Source of the DNA: Klebsormidium nitens
Taxonomy: Eukaryota; Plantae; Klebsormidiophyceae
Assembly (NCBI GenBank): GCA_000708835.1
Contig: DF237160.1
Span: 77,264 to 141,263, forward strand
Length of the DNA stretch: 64,000 nt
Direction of reading: 5' to 3'
The notes under the pieces are model-generated. The model did not search any database and had not been told where the DNA came from. It saw nothing but the letters and a program-made list of their open reading frames with translations. Below, piece after piece: positions 35,001 through 47,583 of the stretch (its first letter is position 1; each line of letters begins with the position of its first letter). Both the position numbers and the translations under genes were made by a program.

Positions 35001-35154
35001 TGACTTTTTCTGCCACCTCCTTTGGAGATGAAGAACCAGAACTCCGCCTAGGTGAAGCTTTGGCAGTCCCTTCCTTTTCCTTTGCATCCGGTCTTGTGGA
35101 TTCAGAACCGGCGGATGACGTGCTCGTATCCATTGCAGCATCTTTGGCGGCCAT
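29073..35154 (-). CDS. MAP70: Microtubule-associated protein 70 family (coiled coil), about 11 exons
   Basis: MAP70 motifs in order: KDPLGQELARLENE, RRIYASQKD...IIAPLEAEIK, LARSRVSVNRVA...EWKEDSDKVIPVKQWVEERKYLQGEM, VFYDMLQKEVVQLRKA...DKEDAIE / MLTKRCETL. Last exon EREELL...QQGGT* ends at 29073. Confidence 0.9.
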
Positions 35155-36043
35155 GATAGCCAGAATTGGAGCCCCCTCCCACAATGTGTCCACCAAAAGT
35201 TGGAAAGATCAGACGGGGTCTTCAGCAAGACGACCGTGTGCCCTCCTAAATTTTAGAATGTCTGCCTGCAATTGGAGAGCGCCCTTCCCACTGACGCCAC
35301 CAGATTAATACGCAGCATCAGCACAGGATCTCTCGCAGAGCTCCGAAGGCTGCCCAGTGCCCGCCCTTTTTGCCGCCCGTCCTTTCTTCCTCGATCCGAG
35401 TCTCTCCTGCTGTGGCATACAGCTAGCTCAGCCTGTAAAGTCGGCTACATTTGCGGGGCCTCAGAGCAACATGGATGATGGAGCTCAGGGACCGGGGAAC
35501 AAGGAAAGTGGCGGACGTCCAAGAAACCTGAAGCACCGTACGATGGCGGTCTATCTCAATTCGACGGTTTCGCGTACACCGTGAAGCGTCCCGGGACTAT
35601 ATCGGGTTCCATCATTGTGGTTAGGACGTAGCTACCAGGTTTGAATCCGCGGGTTTCTCCAAAAGCCATCTTGTGGCGGAAGAAGGCGGAGTTTAACGAG
35701 GCCGGTTAGCACACTCGTTTGATAAAACCAGGAAAATTTTAGGGTCAAGGTTGACCTTGGACGGGCTAATTCTCAGAGATCCCCCATTTGAACGCTTTAC
35801 CAGACGGTGTCGTAGCACAAGGCCCCAGCCTCTTGCAGGAAGAAACATTGGCCGGCGTCACACAGTTTGCTTGAGCAGCAGCGAGGAGATCAGAATTCAG
35901 GTCTCAGCGGGGCGCTAGCTGGCGCATTGTTAGATAGATTATGTTTCTTCGTCATTGGATTGTATGGGCCTCAGATTGCGAGGCAGCATCTTCGGCCGCT
36001 GCTGAGTGCAAGGAGCGCTGATAAGCAGTGGGGCGGCGCAAGC

Positions 36044-39000
36044 ATGGCGACTCTGGATGATCTGCTCGGAGATGACGTGAGTTTCCTACAGGTCAACTGG
36101 TGTTGGCTTCACTGGTTTAAGATTGTGTTTGGCGGTGGAGTCATGCAGCGGAAACCTTCCTTTGCAAAGTTGAAGGTTTATCAGCAGCCATGTCGCTGCT
36201 TTGTATCTCTGATGGCGATTGTTTGTTTGCTCACCGGTTTGGTGTCTGCTTCGGAGGTTAAATCCTGGCCATAGCGAGTCGAGTTGTGCTGTCAGATTTT
36301 CAAGTCAAATGCTGCCGTTGTACCTGCTGGAATGCACTCTCTTGGCTGCTCTGCAATGCAATCAAGTGGGGATTCCAGTCAGCCAGAATACTATTTTTCC
36401 AATTCCTGCAATCTGTTATGGCCTCTTGTCTTTTGATGTGCTCACGTGTCCCTCCCACTTTTGAGCTTCCTTTGGTGCGCCTACAGTAGATTTGGTAAAG
36501 GTCTCACGCAATTCCTCAGACGCGGCTTCAGCATAGAGGAAGACGTAGCATGGCGCTTTGCACTGATGTTGCGTCTGAAGAGAGTGCATTTTGAAACCCG
36601 TCAGCGCATGAGTATTGGGGTTTCTTGGGCTGATCAGCTGCCAGTCTATTACAGCTGCAGCACCACCAAGAGTGTAACAGATGTGAAAAGTTAGGGGTGT
36701 TCTTATTGTTCCAGTAACAGCACTTCAACTTGCTTAATTACGCAACTATCATAATCTCTCCCTTTCTGCCACCAACATGCAGCCACTCATCTGTCCATGA
36801 GTGGCCCCAGTGATTCTGACCACCACGAGTACTGATCCACTCATGTAGCTTTCTGTGTCAGTATGCTATCAACAAATTTCAAGAGAAAATCCACGCGCTT
36901 GCAATCTCAACCGGTTGCAGACGTTCTCATCAATTGGTGGCAGTAACCCGGCTCCCCGGTTGCTTCAAATAATTCTGTCTCCCTGCCCTGCAGGAAGACG
37001 AGGCCTTCGAGAACAGCGAGGCCGCCAGAGCGATTATGAGTCGGTTCACTGATGGTGCCCCCCCCCAGCAGAATGGCATGATGGCCTCCGGCGTGCCCGC
37101 AAGCCAACAAGGCGTCGTCCAGGGGTATGGCGTACCCCATCCGGGATACTTCGTGCCCCCCCCCCACATGCAGGGCATGCACGGCGCCCCGCCCCAAGCG
37201 CAAATGGTGCAGATGGGGCACCCCCGGGCCCACATGTTCCCCCTCCAAAATGTGCCGGTGCAAGGGATGCCGGCGCGGCAGCTCGCGCCAAATCAGTATG
37301 CTGGGGGGGTAGGCCAGCAGCATCCTGGAGGGGGGGGGCAGCCAGGGCAGGCAAATCGTCACCAGGGGGGTGAGCAGCGGGGCGCCTCGGGTCAGCAGCG
37401 AGGGGGGGGAAGTCAGCAGCGGGGACAAGGGCAGCAGTCGGGGGGGGGCGCGCAGCAGCAGGGGGGCCGGGAGGGGCAGAGGTTGCAGATTCCGCCGCAA
37501 GTCCTGGCCCAGTTGCGAAGTAAGACTGCTTTTTGATGGGTGAAGTTAGGGTGGACGGATGGGCCTGTGTGCGGGATCGAAAGGACACAGCTTGTTTTCC
37601 TGTGCTCTCAACTGTTATTTGTACAGGCTCACAGAAGAGGATCCTGCTCCTCATATTCAAGTGCATGTCTCTCGTTGTATCATCGCCTTATGCCCAACTT
37701 CAGTGATGGTTTCTGTCTTTTCTAGAAATTCGTGGCTTCGAAAACTGTTGCTCTTCAATGGAAAATGCATGTTGGGCTTCCTGCATACTGTTTGGTTGGA
37801 TCATTTTCATTTGTCGAACGTCTCTCCTTCGGCGAGAGGGCATCCGTTCGGTCGTTACTTTAGGGTGTCAACTTTCAGAACGGTGGCAACCGACGATGCA
37901 CCAACAAGGACTTTGAGTCCCTACTTGCCAACGAGTGCACTTTCTTTGAAAGGAAGTACCCTAAACTGACCGGGATGGCACTTCTCCTTGCAGCCATGCG
38001 ACGCGAGGATCTGCAGGCCAAGTACGTGGGCGCACGCAAAATCTTGAAAGAACTTGCTGAGAAGCAGAAGAACAACGGTCCGCTGAGTGAGCCCGAGAAG
38101 AAGCAGTTTCAGCAAGCGAACTACCTGTACCAGGCGTGCACGGCGCTCGTGCAAGAGTTGCAGGCTGAGAAGGGACCTTCTCTGACAGAGTTCCTGGGGA
38201 AGCGACTGCCGGCGGCTGGCTTTGAGCATTTCAAGAGACTGTCTCAAGCCGTGAAGGTGAGGGCATGCGACGCAATCCGCAAGATTCCCGTATGCGGAGA
38301 CAACACCACTCAGGTCTTGTTGTGGAACCCGAAGAGCGTCCCATCCGTTTTGAGACAACATGCCCTGTAGAATCTCGACAAGGCTCGGCTTCGTCCTTTG
38401 TTTTCTTTGCTCGTAGTACAACAGTGGCGGTTTAGACCATGTGGTCAACTTCATCACGATACTGCTTCATTTCGTGTGATTTGTATTCGCTAATCTGTGG
38501 AGCTTATTTGGTATTCATCCCCCTGATGCAGCATTGGGTAGTCTGACTTTTTCTTGGCTACCACCGGACGGCGTCAATGTCTTATTGGTGCCAGTTCATC
38601 TATGCAACTCGATAAAGAATTGTGGATATCAGTTGGGCCACGTGTCCATTAAAGGTGATGTTTTGATAGGTGTTGTCCAGCAAAAGACGCCAAAACAAAC
38701 AAATCTGCATAATTCCTGATGTACTGTTCCGTCTGCTCTTCGACCGGCTGGACTCCGATTTTGAAGGTCGACTGTGAAGACATCTCGGTCCAAACTCCAA
38801 ACTTGGCTGGTATCTGCCAGCTATCGAATCGGCGGACCTCATCTATCATCTTGAGAGAGAATTCTAGCGCTCAGATTCTCATGCTCAGCTCTATGCTCTC
38901 AGGTGGGATCTATAGACAGGGTGCGCTTTTATGCCGAGCTGGAAAAGCTGTGCGGGCCCGACCTTTATAAGGAGCTGGGGCCCTTCTTCAAGGTGAGGTA

Positions 39001-42000
39001 TACTTACCAACAACAAGTGGATCGTACGACATGCATCCTCACAGCAGGGTTCGTAGATGACCTTCAAAGACGCAACGCGCGAATGTGCTTGCAGTCAACC
39101 CGTAGGTTTCGAGGCGTATCCCACTTCACGACTTTGTGGCGTTCGGAACTCGACTGCTATCGTACCATTTTGGAAATACGAATTGGAGATTGCGCGACGC
39201 AGGGCAGACTGAGTGTCTTTCTTCCATGCCCCGCTCAGAGGGCGTTCAATTTAGAGAAAGAATTTCTAGTCAGAGACAGATGGCCGATCATACCAGCAGC
39301 TCGACGCGCGGCGTTGGTAAGAGCCCTTTAAGTTTCAGGGTTGTAGGGTGAGGGCTTTAAGGGTTTCAGAGTGTTCGTCCTCTATGAATTCCCAACGTGC
39401 TTGGAGCCTCCTTTGGCTGAATGCCCTTCGGTCAATCTCTTCCTTGGCGTCCTTCGCCCTCCGGACACTCCGCTAAGGCTTCTTGTGGACATATCCTGCA
39501 GAGCAAAAGTACATCCGGTCAGCCACAGCCGAGCGCTCAACCCTCGCAACTCGCGCGGCAAGGGCCCCTTCCCCCAGCAGTGAACCAAGCCACCCCTTCG
39601 ATCCCCCACCCGTCACGCCAGCAAGCAAACCCCCCCCAGCAAACGATGCCCGCCCCCCAACAATTTATCCCCCCACAGCAAGCAAATCCCAACCCCGATG
39701 CTGTAAACCCTAGCCCAGCGGAGTCTGCCGGTTCCGTTGGTCCAGTAGAATCCGCGTCGGAAGCGAAGCTGTCGAGAATTAACACCTCAGTCCTCCGGAA
39801 CGCGTATGTAACTGCCTCCACGAAGCACCCCCCCAAAGCGAGCCCCCCGCTACCCCCCGTAACTAGAGAAGCGAGTCCAGTTGTCGCCTCACAACCTGAT
39901 GCGGTGTCGGACGGGGAGAGTCCGGAACCGGGGGGCAGCGCGGAGCCGAAGGCGGCAGAGGAGGAGACCCCCGAAGAGAGGAAGAAGCGGCAGAAGCGGG
40001 AGGCGAACCGGAAGACCACAGAGAAGCGCAGAAAGGCGCGGGAAGAGAAGTTGCGGTTGGAGCGGGAGAACGGAGGGGGGGCCCAAGCGGCGGAGGCTCA
40101 ACAAAAGGGGGAGTCGCCTCCAGCGGCTGAGAAGAAGGACGAGGAGAGGGGGGAAACGGCGTCGCCGGATAGCGACTCGGAGGATCGGCCGATTGGCGCG
40201 GGGCTGGGGGGGTCAACTGCGAATCTGCCAGCGTTGGCAAAGGGGGGGACGCCACCGATTGCGGTGAGGGCTGGATCGGTCCCCCCGGCGAAGAAAGCGC
40301 CGGCCAAGAGCAAAGCGAAGAAAACGGCGGCCCCTGCAGAGGGTCCGAAGAAGGCGCCAAAACCGAAAGGTGATTGTCGTGCATCGGTTTGAGGAACGGT
40401 TTGAAAGATGTTTACGGCGCGTGTATCACAGACGGTCGTTTTGACGAGTTGAGCAGCGAGTCGAAGTTGTTGCATATCTTCTGGTTCAAAAGCCAGCTTC
40501 TTCGGTCTTCAGATGAGTGGACAGTTAAGGTCTTATTTCGGTACATCTTCCGCCTTTCAAACTTTCAGCTTTTAGGCTTCCAGATTCTCAGCCTCTCAGC
40601 TCCCTTGCTTTCCTTCTGGATCAGTGGGCAAGTGTCAATGCCCGTCTGTCTTTTTTCTGTCAGTTGTTAGAAGTTGCACAATCATTATAATGACCTCCAC
40701 ATTATGAGAAGGGTGCATTACTTTCCCCTACTTGTTTTTCCTCGTTTGCTGACCGCCAACTGTACAAAGGCAATGCACGATGGTATGCACATCCTAACCA
40801 CTAGCATTCTCGCCTTTCTCTATGCAGGAAAAAGGCCTCCTTCCGCGCAACCCCCCGCCTCAGCTCCCGCCCCTAGCCCCGAACTCCTCGCCATCAAATC
40901 CGAAATCCTCGAGCACTCTGCTTCCGGCAACCTCGTTGCGCCGGCCAATAGCGGCGTGCCAGCTCAGCAACTCCCGGGCACCGCCCCTCAGTCCCAGGCA
41001 CCCACCTTCACCCCTCCAAATCAGACCGCCAGTGCGACCCCTCCTCAGTCCTCCGCAAACGGACCCGTGCCGTCCAATCCCGGGGCGCAAGCTCAGCCTC
41101 CCGCCACCAGCGCGCCGCCACCTCAGCCGACCATCGTTCCCCCTCCAACGAAGCCGTCTCAGCTCACCGGCGGAAAGACGATTGCGATCGGAGGCGAGTC
41201 GGGTGCGCAGAAGGGCAAGGGACGGGGGCAGGGGAAGAAAGCGCAGGCGGCGGCCGCGGGCGGTGTGAAAAGGCCCGGGGAGGGAAATGCCATCGGTCAG
41301 GGAAAGGCGAAAAAGCAGAAGACAGACTCGGCCCCCGCGCAAACCCCCCCAGTTCAAACGCTGCAGTACAACCAGTGGATTGCGGCAAATCCGCAGTCGC
41401 CTCTTCCGGCAGGGGTGGTCGTTTCTGCTCCCCCCCTGGGGGGCGTATTGACAGCGCCCCCCCTGAGCCCTGCCTTGGGCGGTGTGAAAAGGCCCTCCGC
41501 CGCGGCCGGGGCCCAGCAACCGGCACAGAAGAAGCAGCAGCGGGACGATGACGTCACGAGGCTGCAGGACGTGACGGCGGTGGCGGGGCTGGACTTGGAG
41601 CAGGAGGCGCAGCAGAGCATGGCGCTCGCGGGTGAGCTTTTCGGGGTTTTCGGGTTTAGATTTTTGAGTCGCAAATGCTGCTGTACGTCTTGGAGGTTTG
41701 GTCTTAATCATTTACGTGCACAATCTTATGGCTGGATTTAGAGAAGGAGGCGCAGCAGTGCCTGGCGCCCGCGGGTGAGTATCTAGAGATTGTAGGGTTG
41801 TGGGGCTCTGGGGTCTCGGTTGTTGAATTTTGAAGCTTTCCATTTTAGACCCCTATTTGTCATGTTAGTACCTGCACAGTTTTGCGGCAGGGCTTGGAGA
41901 TTTTCTCTTGCAAGGATGTACGATTGGCTGGCACGAGTCAGGATCTGGGTATCATGTCTCTGGATGGTTGCTTGGTGCAATAAAACGATCCAAGGGTGAT

Positions 42001-45000
42001 GTCTGCACTCAGCTGATGCTGGATTGGCGCTGGTGCTCTATTGACCATGTTGATAGGCTACCATGCCGATAGGCGGTGCGGATCGCATTGGAACCTTGAT
42101 GGGCTCAACATGACAGACCGCAGCTCGCTCTGCGGGAAAAGACGAAAGTCCTCTCAAGGGCTCGAAACCGGCCCAGCAAACATTGTATACAGAGCTTCTT
42201 TTCAGCTGTTCTGTGTGCAAGTTGCTCATTACTCTGTTCTGCCCCGCAGGTCCGATCGGCGATAGCTCAGCAAACGAGGAGGCACGACTTCGGATCGCAG
42301 AGGAGGAGGATAGGTTATTTGTCAACGAGGCCGTATTGCGCGCGCGCGCGTCGGGCCTGGCGGCCAAGCGGGGGATCCCGCGGGTTGGCGAAGACGTGTA
42401 CAAATGTCTGTCGATGGCGGTGGAGGACCGGCTCCGGGGGATGCTGCATCGGCTGGTGAAGCTGTCCAAGCAGGTGAGGCCACGTGGCAGCTTCGGATTT
42501 GGCGATTCGTCAACTGATCCCGCAGGATAAGTTCCGTCAAGCTGCTGATTCGAGAAGATGCTACGGAGCAGGACCCGACTTTCCGACTATCTCGAGCCCT
42601 CTGCGATTCACGACTTCACGTGATGAAGTCGTGAATTGCAGAGGGATTGCGAGCGGTCAGAATTTTTGGTCAAGGACCGTCTTTGACAAGGCTTAAAAGG
42701 AGGTTGACTTGATCACAGAAACTGTCCACGAACCTGTTCTTCAGCTGCCTTTTCTATTCTTCAGGGAATCTTGGACCACCTTTTATGGGCTTGCTCGATT
42801 TCTTTTGGAAAGTAAGCAGCGCCGACATTTGCAGGGGTCATTCGCACACTGGTGTCCGGAATAGCCGAAATATTGATTGCCGCTTTCACCACTCTAACGG
42901 CTTCTCAAAAGGAGTGAGATTTGCAATTTTGTGATTGACGTCGTGGCACGTGCGACGCAGCGAACGGACGTCCGCAAGGGCCGCTTCTTCACATACACGC
43001 ACTACAACACGCGGGAAGAGGTGCTCAAGATTCGGACGCGCGAAGAGGCCGTTTTCGGCGCACGGGAGGCGCGGGAACAGGAGAAGCTGCGTCAGATGCT
43101 CGCCAAGAAGAACAAGGGGCCCCTTACAGGTATGGCACTCTTGGACGAGTTTAGAGATCATTGCTCAGACGTATCTTTCCCGGATCGGGGGTAATTTTCG
43201 AGGTGATGCGATTGACAGCTATTAGACGGACGGCATGTGTTGATAGACTGTCCAGCCAGTCCTATGTCTAAGTATGGGACACTTTCAATTGGTTTGAAAC
43301 AGTCCTCTGTGCTAGATTGTCTGCCGGACAACTTTGCACAGAGAGTTTGCCAGGACACAATCTGCGTTCCGGCAGTGTCAGTGTGCAACATAGGCTGTAG
43401 GGGCAACTTCGCTAAGGGCGCTGCGAGTTTCGTCATTTCCCATGCTGCTTCGTCATAAACGGGTTACGTTTCATTCTTCTTCGACGGCGTCGTGCAGTGA
43501 GTCAATCAGGTCTTGATTGTTGCTTATCTGCCAACAGACTGCCTGATGACAGATGCCGAGCCAAAGAGGCGCTTGTTTGGTTAGAGAAGGTCGCACACCA
43601 GTGCTGGTAACTTCTGCTCAACATCGATTCCAGAGACTCCGAACTAGAGGGGCGTCACATGTCTAGCCTTGTATGCTCAGAATTGATGACAGCGTTGTTG
43701 AATCTGTCTACCTGCCAACAGTACGAAAACGTTTTTGTCCTGGAAAAAGAACTTCACAACTGACTAGATTATGTCGGTCTTCCTTGCGCACAGACCCCGA
43801 ACTAGAGAAGCGACGCCAAGACGCGCTCAAGCTGAAGGAGAAGGACGAGGAGAAGCGGCGGGCCGAGGCGGCCATGAGCACCGCGATGGCGGCGCTCGGG
43901 AAGAGCAGCTTGGCGCGGTTCACTGCCAACTACGGAAAAGGGGTGAGTAAACATCAGGTCCGGAAGGCCGTCTCGTTTGCTGATCTGGAGCGAGACCAAA
44001 ACAGAAGGTGTCAGGGGGCCGTCCTCAGTCCGTCAACGATAGAAGAGCAGCGTCTTGCTGTTCGTTGTCCACTACGGAAAAGGGGTAAGGAAAGACGAAG
44101 CTCACAGACAGCATTTTTTTCAATTGGAAGCAGGCACTAAATATAGAGAGGTGATAGGGGGAAATCCTAGCTTCGTTACGATCCAAGGCATATAGTCCAT
44201 CGTTGCCTGATCCTTTTCAGTAGACGTGTCCACTTCACAGGTCGACGAACGTTCATGGTAGCTTCATCAGTTATCGGTCGCAGGCGGGAAAGCGATCTGC
44301 TCGCTGCCAAGTAGGACAGAAGCAGATTGGTTGGAGTACAGTTGGCCATTGGGCACGATTGATGGGCTCAGCGTTGGACTCCGAACGGGCAGTGCGGCTG
44401 AATTAATTGCAGTAGACTGATTGAGCGACATTTCTCAAAGCGCCTTAGCGTGCAAGTCAACGGCGAGACTTGCCGACACACTGTTTGGGAAGTCGTCTTC
44501 GGTACCCTCATGATTGCTCCCTCGCCTGACGATTTACACTCCGCTTCTTCACGTCCTTCATCCGCAGCTGTTTCCAAATCAAAGACGGTACTTCGTCTTA
44601 TATTGCTCGATCCTGACCCCAAAGTCCGCTCCTTCTGCAGGTCGCCAAAGGTCCGGCCGGCCCCTCCGCCAAACCCCCCACCGCGGCCAACCCCCCCACC
44701 GCTACCCCCCCAAGCGCTGCCGCTCCGACACCCATTCCTTCCGCGCCCGCCACTCCAAGGTTCCTGGGGTCAAATTCACGGACACCCGCCTCAAACCCAG
44801 GGTTAGAAGCTTCATCGTCAGGGTTACCAGCCCCAGCTTCAGCCTCAGGCACCCCTGGCTCAAACCCAGGGTTACCCGCTCCGGCGTCTGGGTTACCAGC
44901 TTCAACCCCAGGGTTACCGTCTGCGGTAGCAAACCCTCTTCCCCCAACAGCGGGCCAAGACCAACCCGCTCCAGAACAGCCAGCAGTTGACCCGGCGGTG

Positions 45001-47583
45001 CCAACACTACCAACACCTGACCATACTAACCCAGGGTTACCTTCGACAAACCCGGAGTTAACGCTGCCAAATCCAGCTCCCACCTCTGGGCCCCTCTCTG
45101 CCAGTGAGGGAATTCCCGTTACTGCTTCAGGGGTCCTTCCAGAAGCCCTTTCTGCCCCCCCGGCAGTGCTGACAGCCGACCCTTTGTCGGCCATTGTCGC
45201 ACCGACTCCTGACACCTTGCCACAGCCCATCAGCGCGCCCCTCCCAGAAATTGCAAACCCCTCAGTAGAGCCCACCGAGAAAGTAACGCCGCCAGTGGCT
45301 CTCGACGGTTTTACCGAAGTGGGGGGCGAAACCCCAGCCGTGGCCACCCCCCCAGACGCGGCCATTCCTGGCGCCTCCACCGAAGGGGGGGCTCTTTCCC
45401 CTGCTTTGGCAACCCCTGCTGAGGTTGCCGTGCCGCAACCAACAAACACAGCCATGGACACCCCTACCCTTCCGCAGCCCGAGTTGGACCCCCGCTCTGC
45501 ATCGCCGCTGCCGCCGTCCATTCCGCCAGCGTTCCCCGCAGCAGCTCCGTCGCTTCCCAGCGGAGAGGCCCCTTCCTCAACGGAACCGTCCGGAGCTCCG
45601 TCCGATGCCCAGTCCGCTGTTCCGCCCTGGGCTCCGTCTGTGGTTCCGTCCGGAGCTCCCTCCGTGGTTCCGTCTGATATTCCGGTCTTCGGTCCGTCCG
45701 GAGCTTCTTCTTCTTCGGTGCCCGTCACAATTCTGGCCCAAGCCCCGACCTCAGTCCTGCCCGAGGCCTCGGCCGCTGTTCCGGCGTCCACAGTTCCGTC
45801 CGTTGTTCCGCTCGCATTGTCGCCCGGAACCCCGGCGGCAGTCCCGTCCGAAATGACCCCTGCCGCCCCGTCTGTTTCACTCACGCTTAAGGAGACGGAG
45901 GCGAAAACCCAGGCCCCCGAAGCAGTCAACACGGTGCCGGCTGCATCTCTGATGCCGTCCGATATGGACCTTGGAGACCCGGGGAATCGTGTCTCAGAAA
46001 GGTCGGAAACTGCGGCACCCACTGGGGGAAGCCTTGGCGAAGAAGGTGAGCCGGCTGGGGCAACTGCGCGAGCAGAAGAACCGAGCGCGGTAGTGCCAAA
46101 CGGACCGGGTTTGCAAGAACCGGGTTTGCAAGGATCGGGGGCTTCGGTGGTACCCAACGGATCGGTTGCAGTGGGTGCTACTAGAGACGCGATTGGGGGA
46201 AATCGCGACCTGGATCTGAATCTCGTTGGAGCCGAAGCTTCAGTCGCAGGTCTGACTGACGCGGAGAAAGCGGGTCAGGATGGCCATCTGGAGGGGAGTG
46301 TGCTTCCGGGCGAGTTGCGGAACGGGGACATTAGGACCGGAAGCGGGGAGGGTAGGGCGGTGGCGGAAGGGGCGAACGGAGCATCGGAGGCCGTTGTGAA
46401 TGGGGAGGGAGCTCAGGTGACGGACCGACCAGAGGAGCATTTTGCAGGGAAAGCGTCGGGGCCGTCGAAAGACGGGGAGGGTGACGGGGCGGGTGACCTT
46501 GCAGGCCCAAGGACGGAACAGGAGACGGAAACGGAAGGGAAAGGGACACCGGAAGGCAAATTGGAAACGGAGCGGAACTTGGAACCGGACGGGGTTACGG
46601 AACCGGAGGCGAGTGCAATGGATGTGGACGTCCGGCTATCCGCAGTCGGCACTGAGACGTCCACTGTTGACGTTAGCAACGAGCGAGACAACGTGCCGGA
46701 GAGTGGGGGCGAGCAGCCGGGCGCTGTGCCGGGGCCGGAGGCGTTGACGGGCGGAACGGAGTCGGCGGACCGGAACGGGGGCCTCGGTTTGGAAGCCCCC
46801 CGGGGAAACGGCACTGAGTTTCCTGAGGGAGACATCGGGCTGGAAGCTGACGAGGAGATGTGGGAGGCTGGTGAGGGAGCCCCCGTTTCGGGGGGGTTGG
46901 AGGCGGAGGGAGGAGCGACGAGTAACGGCGAAGCCGATCCGGGGGCTATTCTGCAGAACGGACTGGGAGAGTTAGGGGCGGGAACGTCAACGGACATCCA
47001 TGTTGATGAAGGGGCCTCTGGCGGGACAGGGTCCGGTATGGAGGGGGTTGGAGAAGAGGGCGCTGCGCAGCAAGACGGAAACGGCGTCCCTGCTGAAAAC
47101 GGTGTGAATGGGCCCCACGAAACCGGTGTCAAGTCGCCCCCAGGAGCTGATGTAAATGCGGCTACGGCGATGGACGTTGACCCGGAAGGAGAGGCGGACC
47201 TTCTAGCCGGCCCGCGCCTTGCACCCCTGAAACGCGCCGGACAGAAGCAGAAAGGTTTGGAGCTTCCGAGCCTGCCCGGTTCGGATGTCCGAGCCCCAAA
47301 ACCTCAAGACCGGGGTACGAAACGGTCCGAACCGGAAGCTCCGACGGAAACCCCGATCGACCCGGCGCTTCAGCCGCAGAGCTTCTCGCTTGCTCGGCGG
47401 AGGGTGGCGAACGTATTCCCACCGAATCGGAGCGCCGCGCCGCAGCAGGCGCGGGCGGTAACGCTGAAAGACTTGGTCGCGCTGCTGGAGAAAGAGCCGC
47501 AGATGGCCAAGTCGGCCGTGCTGTACAAGTTGTACTGCCGAACGCAGTGGGAGCAGGGGAGAGGACCAGCAGGGCCGCGGTGA
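36044..47583 (+). CDS. TAF4: TFIID subunit 4 (plant TAF4/TAF4b type): Q/G-rich N-terminus, RST-like region, histone fold, C-terminal conserved domain
   Basis: 33-nt first exon MATLDDLLGDD. DVTRLQDVTAVAGLDLEQE (about 41550-41631). Histone fold EEEDRLF...VGEDVYKCLSMAVEDRLRGMLHRLVKLSKQ (about 42250-42474). AEAAMSTAMAALG. Terminal ARAVTLKDLVALLEKEPQMAKSAVLYKL. Some internal exon borders are uncertain. Confidence 0.88.

Noticed and set aside
35605-35655. tRNA-like words TGGTTAGGAC and GGTTTGAATCC
   Set aside because: The A- and B-box-like words are too close together and no cloverleaf or acceptor stem can be formed.
44598-46157. 519-aa minus-strand ORF, and similar ORFs at 46413-47132, 40860-41711 and 39537-40019
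   Set aside because: These are antisense shadows of GC-rich, low-complexity TAF4 exons, with no independent domain signal.
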